A stretch of 61,676 nt of DNA, counting the filler, from Sphacelaria rigidula (Eukaryota), in the NCBI GenBank assembly GCA_964200075.2. It is 10 parts of 10 records of this genome, joined end to end, with 100 filler letters (N's around TTAATTAATTAA, not from the genome) between each part and the next. Parts side by side here need not be neighbours in the genome. Positions count along the whole stretch, not along the records: positions 1 to 6,078 come from CAXNAA020022388.1; positions 6,179 to 12,256 come from CAXNAA020022389.1; 8 more parts are not named here. One strand, given 5' to 3'. The stretch's first letter is position 1, and each line of letters starts with the position of its first letter. Below the pieces are notes generated by a model. The model made no database searches. It was given only the letters and a program-made list of their open reading frames with translations, and was not told the origin of the DNA. A program made the translations under genes and the position numbers. This document shows, piece by piece, positions 1-10,416 of the stretch.

Positions 1-149
1 TCTTCCAATCTACCTACTTAAAAATTTCGACCACAAATCGGCCCAAAATCCCCCCCCCCCCTATTCCCCCTCCCTTGCTCGCGAAGTAGTGTGATCGACT
101 CCACGTATGCCAATGCATTGCGTCTATTATTGGCTTTGTATACGGTTAC

Positions 150-807
150 CCCGACACTGAAGAAAGCGCTTTCTTTACTCGTGTGGCCCATGCGTAAGAC
201 GGAAATTCCAATGTTATATTCGAACCGAATCTGGCGTTTGTATTCTTGAAATATATTTTCTGGATGACTCTCCCGACTTTTGCTGGTCTTCAATGGACTA
301 CCCAAGGACCTAATTCACCTCATGCGTTCGTCGCGCACCCCTAACTGAACCGCCAGCAACAGCAGTCATGACCCCCCAAGAATCGACCATTTACCAGTTT
401 ACTCGCTGTTTACCGAATTACTATACAACGACCAGACCCGGCGTGGTCTTCTCGAAATATAATTCCAAGGCTCTGTCCACAGATGACTCCCCGCACCGCG
501 ACACTCCGACGTGAGATTTGCCACACTTCCAACACTCCGAGCGAAGATTTCCCGCACACCCAAATCCAAGCGGCACCTCCGAATGTGGAAACACAACTTC
601 AGAGTTATTCCCGTTTCAGGCGCTCATGATATATTGCTGATTTCGAACCTCGATTCACTTGATACGTTGATCTTGTCGCGAGAACCAACCCACGCGAATA
701 TCACGCGTTATCAGTGGCCATCCACTCTCTGGCCGTCAAGCCTCTCCCTCTCTGTAGAGGGGAAAAGAGCGTCTCCTTTTGATCAGGGTACGGTGTTTGG
801 TGTTTGA
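150..807. repeat. Left arm of a long diverged inverted repeat (partner 2363-3070)
   Basis: ggggaaaagagcg...gatcagggtacggtgtttggtgtttga is the reverse complement of tcaaacaccaaacaccgtaccctgatc...gctcttttcccc at 2363; similarity followed by eye for about 650 bp; outer limit approximate. Confidence 0.85.
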
Positions 808-2362
808 TCATTTCTTTTGGGCCCATGCATCATAATTGGATCACGCTCTCTCTCACACAACTGTACTGCTGCGGTATACTCAAACAAGACGCTTTCCCCC
901 GCCGACGCTTTCGTAGTGTTGATGTTGTTGTGGCGGTGTTGCTATACCTCGAGGATGTTCTCATCTCGCGGTGTACTGATGCCTGTACTGCTGTACAGTT
1001 CCTGGCTGTACATTTCTGGCACTTTGTATCATTCCTTGTTACACCGCAATCATTGTTCCGCATTCTCATGTGTGGGCTACCTTTGCAATGCCCAACGTGC
1101 ACACATCACGGAGAAAATCAAGAGCATAATGTACTCGTTCTTCGCTCAAAGTTTCTTGTCCATGCGACAATCCTCGGGTGTGGTTTGCAGATCGGGGCCG
1201 TCGGTTCTTCTCCTGGGTCACTGTGTACCATGGTGAATGGCCCTGGGATACTGGTCACCATTGATGAAAAATCTCACAACCTCCATCCTCTCCCTCCGTC
1301 CCCCCCTCTCTCTCACTTCCGTTTTTTTTTGTGTGTGTGTCAGGCCTTGAACCACTTGGTCGCGTGCCTGTCCAACAGCACCTTCGGGGGTAACGAAGAG
1401 CTGTAAAGGGCAGCCAATTTTGTCTCAAATCACTTTTGTGCATTTTTCGCTTTGGGGCGTGGCACTAACCTTCGTGCTCTGTGTTGAGTACGTCAAGTGC
1501 TTGGTCCTTCTGGCGTAGAGCAGCGTAGCATTCAAGTACTGTACATGGTGTAGTCCCGAAAGGCAAAGATCGATACTGTAGTGTTGTGTGATCGTAGGGC
1601 ATGGTGCAGCAGTACGCTAGCGGCCAGTGCAGTGCTGTACCACAATGCAGACGAATTGAAGTATTTGAGTGCGGACTATGCGTGAAAAGCAGCCACGGTA
1701 TGCTTGCTTCCGTGTATCCGCTGATTTGAGGGGAAAGTACTTGTACCAGTCCGTCGTTGGTTTTGTGGACATGGAAGGAGGAAATGCCAGTTGAGGAAGC
1801 TGGCTTTTGTCGCGACTAGCGAACCATGATGTATGGATCAAGCCTGCATCAACGGGGGTGTCTACTATGTTCTGGAATAGTAAATTGAACGGTGACTTGG
1901 GGTGACGAGAATAGTGTAGAGTATTTTTCGCTGCATCTAAGCTGTATGTACCTCACTAGCACTGCAGTGACCATAGATCCCTGGATATACACTGCAATTG
2001 CGGACAGGGAAGGGGGTAGAGAGTATATCACGGGAGGCTGAGGAAACGTTTGAGCAGGTTCGGTTCACTCGGGGAAGGGTAACACATACGCCAATTTCGG
2101 CAATAGCACAAGACAGCGAAATGAACAATTTTGTTACATTGGTTTTTCTACTTATTCATGTGTTGGGGTGTAAGACATGGACGAAATATGATGAGGCAAA
2201 CAGCCGAAGCTTACCCTGATCGAGTGGCTATTGCGACGTACGCTGCATGGAAGTGCCAAGGCTGCAGAAGCATCAGCTGGTAGCGTGTTGTCCAGGGATA
2301 TCGCAGCAGCAGTGAGGAAGATAGCGCGATCCAATTGCAATGCATGAACCCAAAAGAAATTG

Positions 2363-3070
2363 TCAAACACCAAACACCGTACCCTGATCGAACGAAGAGG
2401 CTACGTGCGCTCTTTTCCCCTCTACAGAGGGAGGATTGATGGCCGGAGAGTGGATGACCACAGATCGCGTGCGGTGTTCGGGTGTGTTGGTTCTCGCGAC
2501 GAGATCAATACGATGTCATCACTACGTGAATCGAGAAGTGAGATTAGCAACATATCATCTCCGTCCAAAACGTAGATAGGTAACTCTGAAGTTGTGTATC
2601 CACATTTGGAATTGCCGCTCGGATTCCGGTGTGCGGGAAATCTTCGCTCGGAGTGTTGGGAGTACAGCAAATCCCACGTCGGAATGTCGCGGTGCGGGGA
2701 GTCGTTTGTGGACAGAGCCTTGGAATTCTAGTTCGGCCAAGAACACGCCGGGTCTGTTCGTTCTGTTTCGGTGAACGGCAAGTAAACTGGTGGGTGATCG
2801 ATTCTTCGGGGTCCGTAACTGCTGTTGCTGGTGGTTTACTTGGGGGTGCGCGACGAACGCATGAGGTGAATCAGGTCCTCGGATAGTCCATTGATGACTA
2901 GCAAATGTCCGGAGGGCGGTCTACAAGTGGTATTCTGAAAATGGAAACACCAGATCCGGTATACCGCCGGGATTTCTGTCTAGCGAGAGGGTACAGGGAG
3001 GATTTGAGGAGAATCTCCGTCTTGCGCGTGGGCCATATGAGGCGAGAGCGCGTGTTTTCCCAGTTGATGT
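2363..3070. repeat. Right arm of the long inverted repeat (partner 150-807)
   Basis: Colinear reverse-complement similarity; ORF-track peptides from both arms share GVREIFARSVGS...SECRGAGS.LWTEPWN. Confidence 0.85.
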
Positions 3071-3217
3071 GCCTGAAGAAATACGGTGGAAAACGGTGTT
3101 TGGGGCGCGTTTTTCTATTTCTGCATATCTGGGCCAAAAGAGTAAATTTTTTAATTAAAAAAACGTGAAGGGATTAGTGCTACGGCAGGGGTGGACGAAT
3201 ATATCATCAGGTTTGAG

Positions 3218-3476
3218 AGCAATGCTACGGTAGGGGTCCACTTTTTTCGCGAAATCTTGTCTGGTTCAGAGGCTTCTAACGAATCTAGACGCACAATAAT
3301 ATGGGTGAGGGTATCCCCGTTTGTAGATCAATTCGGGATATCCTCAGCAAATTGGAATAATAGTGATCCTGGCGTGCTCTCGCATATTATCATAAGTCGT
3401 GTTTTGGATGAGATAAAGGGCTCCTAACACATCTAACCTTCAGAAAATAATCATGTACCCCTACCGTAGCATCCCT
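3218..3476 (+). mobile_element. MITE with AG...CT termini (TIR consensus AGTGATGCTACGGTAGGGGT)
   Basis: TIRs agcaatgctacggtaggggtcca / tgtacccctaccgtagcatccct; flanks tttgag/cttgac (4/6); interior homologous to 5411-5634. Confidence 0.8.
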
Positions 3477-3812
3477 CTTGACATGTCAGTACCCGTTCTC
3501 TCGTTAAAATAATGGCTTGTAAAAAATGTGAGCATACCACGATTAGCCTTTCAATGCGCTTGGGATATCTCGAAAAATATCATGAAACGGGAATGGGTTC
3601 TGACCCAACTTCTTGCGCAGCTTCTCAACCAAGGAGAAATTCACTGTGAAACATCTGGGCCCTAATGAGCAAGCCCTCCCGTGACATGACTCGAGGTATA
3701 CCTTTTTAGTCCGAGCCTAGAAGTTTCAAAAGTCCAGTGGGCAACAGGAGTCGTGAAAATGGTGGGGATGAGAAAAAAGTATAATAGTGGGCTAACACTT
3801 TCTACCATGATA

Positions 3813-4114
3813 AACAAGGTTTTCGTGAGATTGAGAGTTGGGTGCGGTTGAGAGTGGCTTTGATCATTCATTCGCTTTAACTTGGCCAATTTTTCATTCC
3901 GTGTGTGCTTCTCTTCGTCTCATCACTGCCATGAGCTTACAGCTACACGTTGATGTCCTACTCAGGGGTATCGAGGGCCTCAGTGGCAAGCTACTACAGA
4001 GAGAGTATTGGGCCTGGTGGAGGTGTATTTCGGAACTGAAACGGCATATTCACTAATTGACCGCTTTTCACTCTCAATCATATCTTCAACTCTCAATTTC
4101 ACGAAAACGTTGTT
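3813..4114 (+). mobile_element. MITE with ~28-bp TIRs, possible 4-bp TSD (gata)
   Basis: aacaaggttttcgtgagattgagagttg / caactctcaatttcacgaaaacgttgtt; second copy in reverse orientation near 39137-39430. Confidence 0.8.
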
Positions 4115-4119
4115 GATAG

Positions 4120-4420
4120 CCCTGCCCCGAAACCTGCCCAAAACTGTCACGAAGAAAACGGTTTGATTTCAGGCTGCATGAAGCGCCTCATACGGGCGAC
4201 AATGATTGAAGCGAACTAACTCAATCGTAGGAATTACCAGCTATTCGTTGTACTCGGCTTTTTTCATTTTCGAATACGTGTACATTCTGTCTTCCAAGCC
4301 AGCCACTTTTGGGGGGGAAAGGTATATATTCATGACCGTGCATGGCATAGTCAAGACCATTGGCCTCGCATCCCTACAAAGCCGGGACGGAGCACACCGG
4401 GTTTTTGCCGCATCAGGCTC
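4120..4420 (+). repeat. Copy of a modular dispersed repeat family (also 4800-4900, 6179-6245, 12598-12815, 21950-22012, 23850-24125, 24400-24590, 30660-30740, 55700-55765)
   Basis: Shared blocks ctgtcacgaaga...ctgcatgaagcg, aagggatgcgtggtcaatggtc...gcaacaaatgagtacg and cctacaaagccgggacggagcac recur on several contigs; limits approximate. Confidence 0.75.
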
Positions 4421-5391
4421 GCACTCAATCACCAAGTGCGAAGCACCGTGGTGTGTTCGGCGAGTCGCATGAAGAGTGAGCTGCATCCTGCGAAGATTGT
4501 TCGGCCCGAAGTCTGCTGATTATCTTGCATTTGGATGACAGCCTACAATGAATTGCTTTATTCTGTGGTATCGCCACTTCCAGAGACAGCCACGGCTTAT
4601 ACACTGCCTCATGCATACTTCACTATGTAAACACTACGGAGTACAGCCATCCCCACTGTGCGGAGTTGAGGTTCTCTCATGGCGTACAACGTCATCTAGC
4701 TCGATTATTTCACCATCATGGTTACCGGAAAAAAAACGCAAGCGCGCAAAAAAAAACGATAACCTGAACCTGGTTGCCTTCCTTACTACGCAGTGAGAGG
4801 CGTGTTTTATAGCGCCATCGCCAACCGACGCCAACCTCATCGGGAGTCCGCCCCTACAAAGCCGGGACGGAGCACGCGGGTTTTCACCGGACCAGGCTGG
4901 GGGGGGGGGGGGGGGCGGGGTTGGGAAAAAGACTGGGGGGGATTGGGGGCCGGGCAAGAAAATTTTTCCGTCCTGTTTTTGTCTTANNNNNNNNNNCCAC
5001 AGCCGCACCCGAGGCTCACGGGGGGCCCCCCCCCGGAAGGCGGGGAGAGGGCGGGGGGGTCCCTGGGCGAACAGGGGGGGGGGGGGGGGGGGGGGCTACG
5101 TATCGTAAAAAGACTTGTGATGATCATGGTCCGTGCAAGACAATTTTTCCTCTCTGCTTTTGTCATACGCAGTAGTAGTAGTACTTGTCTCGAAGAAAAC
5201 GATTTGGAAGTGAAACAACCACCAATGTTGGTGACGGCGGTGTTGGTGACGGCGGTGTCGAGCTATAGCACATCGGTCACAGCGGAGGTTTTTGTTGGAA
5301 ATGACGAAGATGAAGCAACATTTTACGCCGAAATTATACCCTCATGTTGACGAGTCGCGGCCTCTCGCATGCCTTCGTCCTTATTACTCGT

Positions 5392-6006
5392 CATTGAGGA
5401 TGAGAACCCGAGCGATGCTACGGTAGTGATGCACTTTTTTCGCAAAATCTTGTCTGGTTCAGGGGCTCCTGACGATTCTAGAGGCACAAGAAGATGGATC
5501 GGGGCATCCCTGTTTGCAAATTCTTTCGGGATATCCGTAGCACATCGAAATGAGTCGTGCTTTGGATGAGATAAAGGGCTCCCAACAATTCCAACCTCAG
5601 AAAAATATTTGTACACCACTAGCATAGCATCACTAACCCGGAGGATTCACATGTTCGTATCCACATCAACTCTCCAAAATATGGTTCCATTCATATACCT
5701 ACTGGTAGCTGTTGACAAGTATTACACGTCATACGAATTTGGATTTCGATAACCGAGATGTTGGGGTCCTGGGAGAAAAAACAGTTTCGGGGAATTTCGG
5801 CGATCCGATCGGATCACCTGAATTCCCCAGACTTGCTTCTGCATGTTGTAGGTCCCCAATTTTTGGGTTATCGAAATCCAATTCTTTATGGCGTGTAGCA
5901 GTTGTCAATAGCTACCAGGAGGTGAGGGGGTGGAGACATACAGTATTCCGAAAATGTGGTGTGGATACGAAAATTAAATTATCCGGGTTCCCATCCTCAA
6001 TCAATG
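5392..6006. mobile_element. Foldback (near-palindromic) element, about 385 bp without the nested MITE
   Basis: Symmetry centre gatccgatcggatc (5802-5815); arms cctactggtagctgttgacaa...ggatttcgataacc vs ggttatcgaaatcc...ttgtcaatagctaccaggagg; outer ttgaggatgagaacccg vs cgggttcccatcctcaa. Confidence 0.8.
5411..5634 (+). mobile_element. AG...CT MITE with perfect 6-bp TSD, nested in the foldback arm
   Basis: Starts agcgatgcta, ends tagcatcact; aacccg at 5405-5410 and 5635-5640; the opposite foldback arm retains the single empty site. Confidence 0.88.
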
Positions 6007-6018
6007 AAAAGCTCCATG

Positions 6019-6078
6019 AGCAATGCTACGGTAGGGGTGCACTTTTTTCGCGAAATTATGTCTAGTTCAGGGGCTCCC
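6019..6078 (+). mobile_element. AG...CT MITE, truncated by contig end
   Basis: agcaatgctacggtaggggtgcacttttttcgcgaaa matches the left end of 3218-3476. Confidence 0.75.
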
Positions 6079-6178
6079 NNNNNNNNNNNNNNNNNNNNNN
6101 NNNNNNNNNNNNNNNNNNNNNNTTAATTAATTAANNNNNNNNNNNNNNNNNNNNNNNNNNNNNNNNNNNNNNNNNNNN
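6079..6178. other. Artificial contig linker (N44-TTAATTAATTAA-N44); eight more at 12257, 18435, 24613, 30791, 36969, 43146, 49323, 55500
   Basis: Identical 100-nt block with a six-frame stop 12-mer; the segments it separates are 6078 bp (x6) then 6077 bp (x4). Confidence 0.97.
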
Positions 6179-8300
6179 AAGGGATGCGTGGTCAGTGGTC
6201 ACACGACTAAGGCAAGCAACAAATGAGTACGCCCCCCCCCCCCCAACACTTTTGTTTTCGTCGTGAGTTATCGATCATCGGATTTCCCGAACAATTTTTC
6301 CGACACAAAACCCTTGATGATTCACTACAAAAATGAGTAATCAGCGGGGGAAAGTATGCTGTTCGCACATACCTCATGTACATGGCGGCAAAATTTCAGA
6401 GAAACAGCGTGAAATGGAACTGCGTAATTGCGCTTCAATATTCCTGTTGGCATCATGACTGTCCCGTCTCCACACAGGAAGCGGTTTTTGACAGAAAAAC
6501 TCGATTTCGCTGCTCAATTTTGAGATGTTTTCAACGACTTTTTGACACGGTCTACAGGACATATGTGCAAAGACCTCAGCTTTCCCCCTTCATCCATTAT
6601 TTTTTTCGTGATTTATCGGCGAAGGAGGCACTCATTCAGAGCAGTTTTCAGAACAAAATCGCGAATAAATCACAACTATATATACTTCGAAGTATATAAT
6701 ATAGAAATGGGAAAGTTGGGGGTCTTAGCACATACCTCATGTATATCGTGTCAAATTTTCGTATAAAACGAATCAAAATTGAGCAGCAAAATTGCAGTTG
6801 AATTTTCCTTTTCGCATTTTAGGCGGACCAGCTTGTACGTTCGTTGAATTGCGTTACGATTCAGACCCCTAAATAATCAAAACGAGAAAATCGTCACATG
6901 ATTTATCCGCCACTTTGGACGATCATTTGTTTTTTTTCACGCTATGGGGTCCGTAAGTGACTGACGAGAGTGCGGAAGTTTTTGAATGCAACAGGACGCG
7001 GCAAAGATGCACGAAATTGGGAAAACCGATTATGAAAATATGTTGAAAATCATATAACCTATATTTTGATGACTCTCTCTGGACTCATTATATTCCAGTT
7101 GCTGCTGTCTCTCCGTCTACAAGAATGTGGGACACACAGCGGTGGTCATGGGCACAGACCAGCAATGGCCGCAGTGGCGAATATCGTACAGAGGGAGAGT
7201 TCCTGGATTGGTCACCACTGGCAACGGTGCCCTTGTTTTTGAGTCTAATAAAGGTTGCCTTTGGACGTGCCTTGAGGAACGTGAAGTCGGACGTCCTTCT
7301 GTGGTAACCGCAACAACGCACTATAGTGACAGTGCATTAGCTGTGCTGCAGTCAATCTTCTCAGCGGGAAGGTGCCTGTGCTGCAGTAATGGTGGCAATC
7401 GCACAAGCTCCTGACTTCTGGAACAACTCACGCCGATACCAGCCTCTCGTGAGTGTGGTGGGGTACCGGCCAGAGTCGGACCTGTTGCGCTTGATCTGGG
7501 ACTTCCTTTGTGCATCGTTAAGCTGCGCAAGCACCGCATGAGAACGCAGTCGGTATCGCCTTTGTTTCGTCTGCAGGCAAGACATGAACGTTGTTCCCTT
7601 AAAGTACCCTTTGTTCCCCCGTGTATCGCATCAATGTCTGTCCCTCTCACCTCGCATTCGATACACAGCCAGAATGAGGCACGACTCCCACAGTGTGAAG
7701 GACTCTTGACCATTCTGGGATCGGAGTGGGTGAGCTGGGGATGAGGGCCTCTAGTAAATCATCATAATTTTGACCAAGAAACGACTAAAAATGATGTCGA
7801 TTTACGAATGGCCCGTGCGTGCAAACCAGGGGTTCACCCCTGGCTACCGGGAGTCCTGGTCCAAAAGGTTCAAGGTAATTCTTCTCAGGTACTCTAGCCT
7901 TGGTCAAAGGGTGGTCGTGCTTGGGCTTCCTTCAAGTTACTACCGCCGACCGACTTCTTTTCTCGGGATACGGTTTTGTTCTTTCGGGCATTCAACTCCG
8001 CCGCCGAGTAGAAACAACAGCCCACCTGCGCCCATACTTTTCGCGTTCAAAATCGATGTTCTTTCCCCGCTGATGAGCGTCTCGTAAAAATATCTGGATA
8101 ACTATTGCGTTTTTTCGCAAAAAAACGGTTCAAGAAATAAATTGCGACGTCTAATACTAAATCCCAGAAGCTACGCTCCCTTCCCTGCTTTTGTCAAGGA
8201 CACTCCGTAGCCCCTCCCTACACCTCATCCGACCCCCCGTCCCAACTGTCTCAACCGTACCTGGCTTCGCGAATGCTCCGTTTCAATATATGCCGGGCAG

Positions 8301-8459
8301 AGATTTTTGGAGATGTACTTGGCCCGGCGGGCAAATTTGAAGCTGTTGGTTCTTCTGGTTGACTCTCGAAGAGGTCCTTTGCCTGCGGACGCAGGCATCT
8401 TGGAGTACGCGGAGGATCGGAAAGATCGACCGTACAGGATCCTCGTTGTCGCGACCAAG
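8301..8459 (+). CDS. engB: EngB/YihA/YsxC-family GTP-binding protein, penultimate coding exon
   Basis: cag|RFLEMYLARRANLKLLVLLVDSRRGPLPADAGILEY...ILVVATK|gtgaga; YL..R..L...LVDSR motif typical of EngB; splices in phase 0 to complete the G4 motif TKVD. Acceptor could be shifted by 2 nt. Confidence 0.85.
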
Positions 8460-10254
8460 GTGAGACCATTTCGAGCACGGGTGGGGGTGGGATCGTAGTC
8501 GAAACGCTTTTTGTCTTCCGAATGAATGGCTGTAGCGACGTTTTCGATTTTTTTGTACCTCGAAAGAGCATCTCACGCTTCACCTACCGTTGGTATTGTT
8601 GGATGTCATCGCTGTGGACCCTCTCATGACCTCGAGAGCGATTCCCGTACACACATCGGCCTTTGAGTATCTGCGATGTCGGCACTATGTACAGCAATGA
8701 GATTCTCCATCAGCCAAGCAAAAACGCGTGCATCACAGCCTCGATTTTGCGATTTCCTCTCCATGCAGTGCTTGCGCCACTGTATCACGTGTTTCCGATA
8801 TGCAACGTGAAGAGGACTGGGAGAGTATGTTGAGGAGAAGGTAGGTTTTTCCCGACGTTCAAGGACGAAAACACGACTCGGACTGATATGAAGAAGCCGT
8901 GAGTTGTTTTTTCTTGCTTTGTCGGCTTTTTTGTTTTGCTGCCTGATGAGAAATATCCTGATCAGCCGACAATATTGCCTTGAGCAGGACTAGCTTTTCA
9001 TGATGCAAAACGACGTAATGGCCACGAGGAAACTACGTGCCACCGTTGTAATACGACCTCGTCTCTTTCAAATTGGGCGAGTATTCTCTGTGCGAGTCAA
9101 ATTGTTCGTGGATCAAAGAGCGACTCTCAAAACCCTTTTGGGACTGAAGCTCAGTAACAAGGGGTTTGCCACGTATTGATCAAATGATAATAAATAAGTC
9201 TGCGAGCGACCTGCCCAATCACGTCGAGGCGAAATTCATCGACTACATTCGAACGACCAGTGGGGGGGGGGGCTGTCGCCGGGAGTGATGTCACGCCTAA
9301 GTTGGTGTGTTTACCCTGTTCCTGGCTCACAAAAAAGCCTTCGAAGCAAACGAAGGCCGCGATGGTCGGGGCTCGCTTCCTCGATTTGTTTTTTCCATTT
9401 ACTTGCACTGTATATCGGTCCGACTTCCACTCCCCCGACTTTTTTGGGGGTCACCATCCTATCGTAAAACGTAGTCATTACACTAACACAGGGTACTCGG
9501 GGAAATTCGAGAGTAAATGTACCCTTCTGTATATCTGGTCATGTTCACGAGGCGACTGAATCTAGCAACGCAGTGGGACGAGAGACGGAGCTAGAGGCAT
9601 GAGTTCTGCGTATCCCTCTGTTGAGGCGGTACAGAATGTAGTGAGGTCGTATGTAATCGACGGGAACGAACAAGCTGGGTATAGGTAGCTGATCTCCGTC
9701 GCGAAGAACTGCCCAGAACGTGTAAGGGAGTATGCAACGGCAGCTTGCAGTCGGAGAGGCGTATTGTACTGTATGTGCGGCGCAACGCCCATGCCCTCCG
9801 AAGAGAATTTGCCGCTTGCTACAAAAACGACATCGCGACCCACCCCGACCACAAAAGGCTGTGTGGCAAGTCGATGGGGACAAAAATATCATCCAAAGCC
9901 ACATGTTGCGGGCGGCGGTTGCCAGGTCTTGTTGAAAGCTCTCTACGGCGACTATATTGCTCGATTCATGTGTACCTCTCGTGATGCGCACCCCACCCAA
10001 ACTACAGTTTGTACCTGCACCTGAAAATAGATTGGATGAAACTTTTGGTCTTCCTAATAACCTTGTGGTTACATGGGTGGATCTTCAGCAACAGAAAGCC
10101 ATCGTTTCATGCATACGCCAGACACGTCATTCCTAACCAGCCTCATTGGTCGTTCTGGAGGCTCAGTCCCAGAAGGGTTGAGCATGCTTTCACTACACCA
10201 TTTTTCTCTCTACTCGAGCATTTTATTCGTTTCCACCTGATTTTCCGCTTGCAG

Positions 10255-10416
10255 GTCGACAAACTCAATGCCATGGAGTCTGCCGTCAATATCAAGAAGC
10301 TGCAGGACGCCTACAACCTGCCACCAGGGCATCCCGTACAATTTTCCGCCGTGTCCGGAGTGGGGAGGAAGGAATTATGGTCCTACATTCGACAGGCCGC
10401 GGCAGCAAAGAGTTGA
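10255..10416 (+). CDS. engB: EngB/YihA-family GTPase, terminal exon
   Basis: ttttccgcttgcag|VDKLN...PVQFSAVSGVGRKELWSYI...stop; G4 (TKVDKL) and G5 (FSA..G.G..EL) motifs. G1-G3 exons not found on this contig. Confidence 0.87.
   Translation, partial: VDKLNAMESAVNIKKLQDAYNLPPGHPVQFSAVSGVGRKELWSYIRQAAAAKS

Noticed and set aside
9230..9262. GRSNV resembling the EngB G1 motif
   Set aside because: Wrong strand, inside the last intron, and lacks GKS
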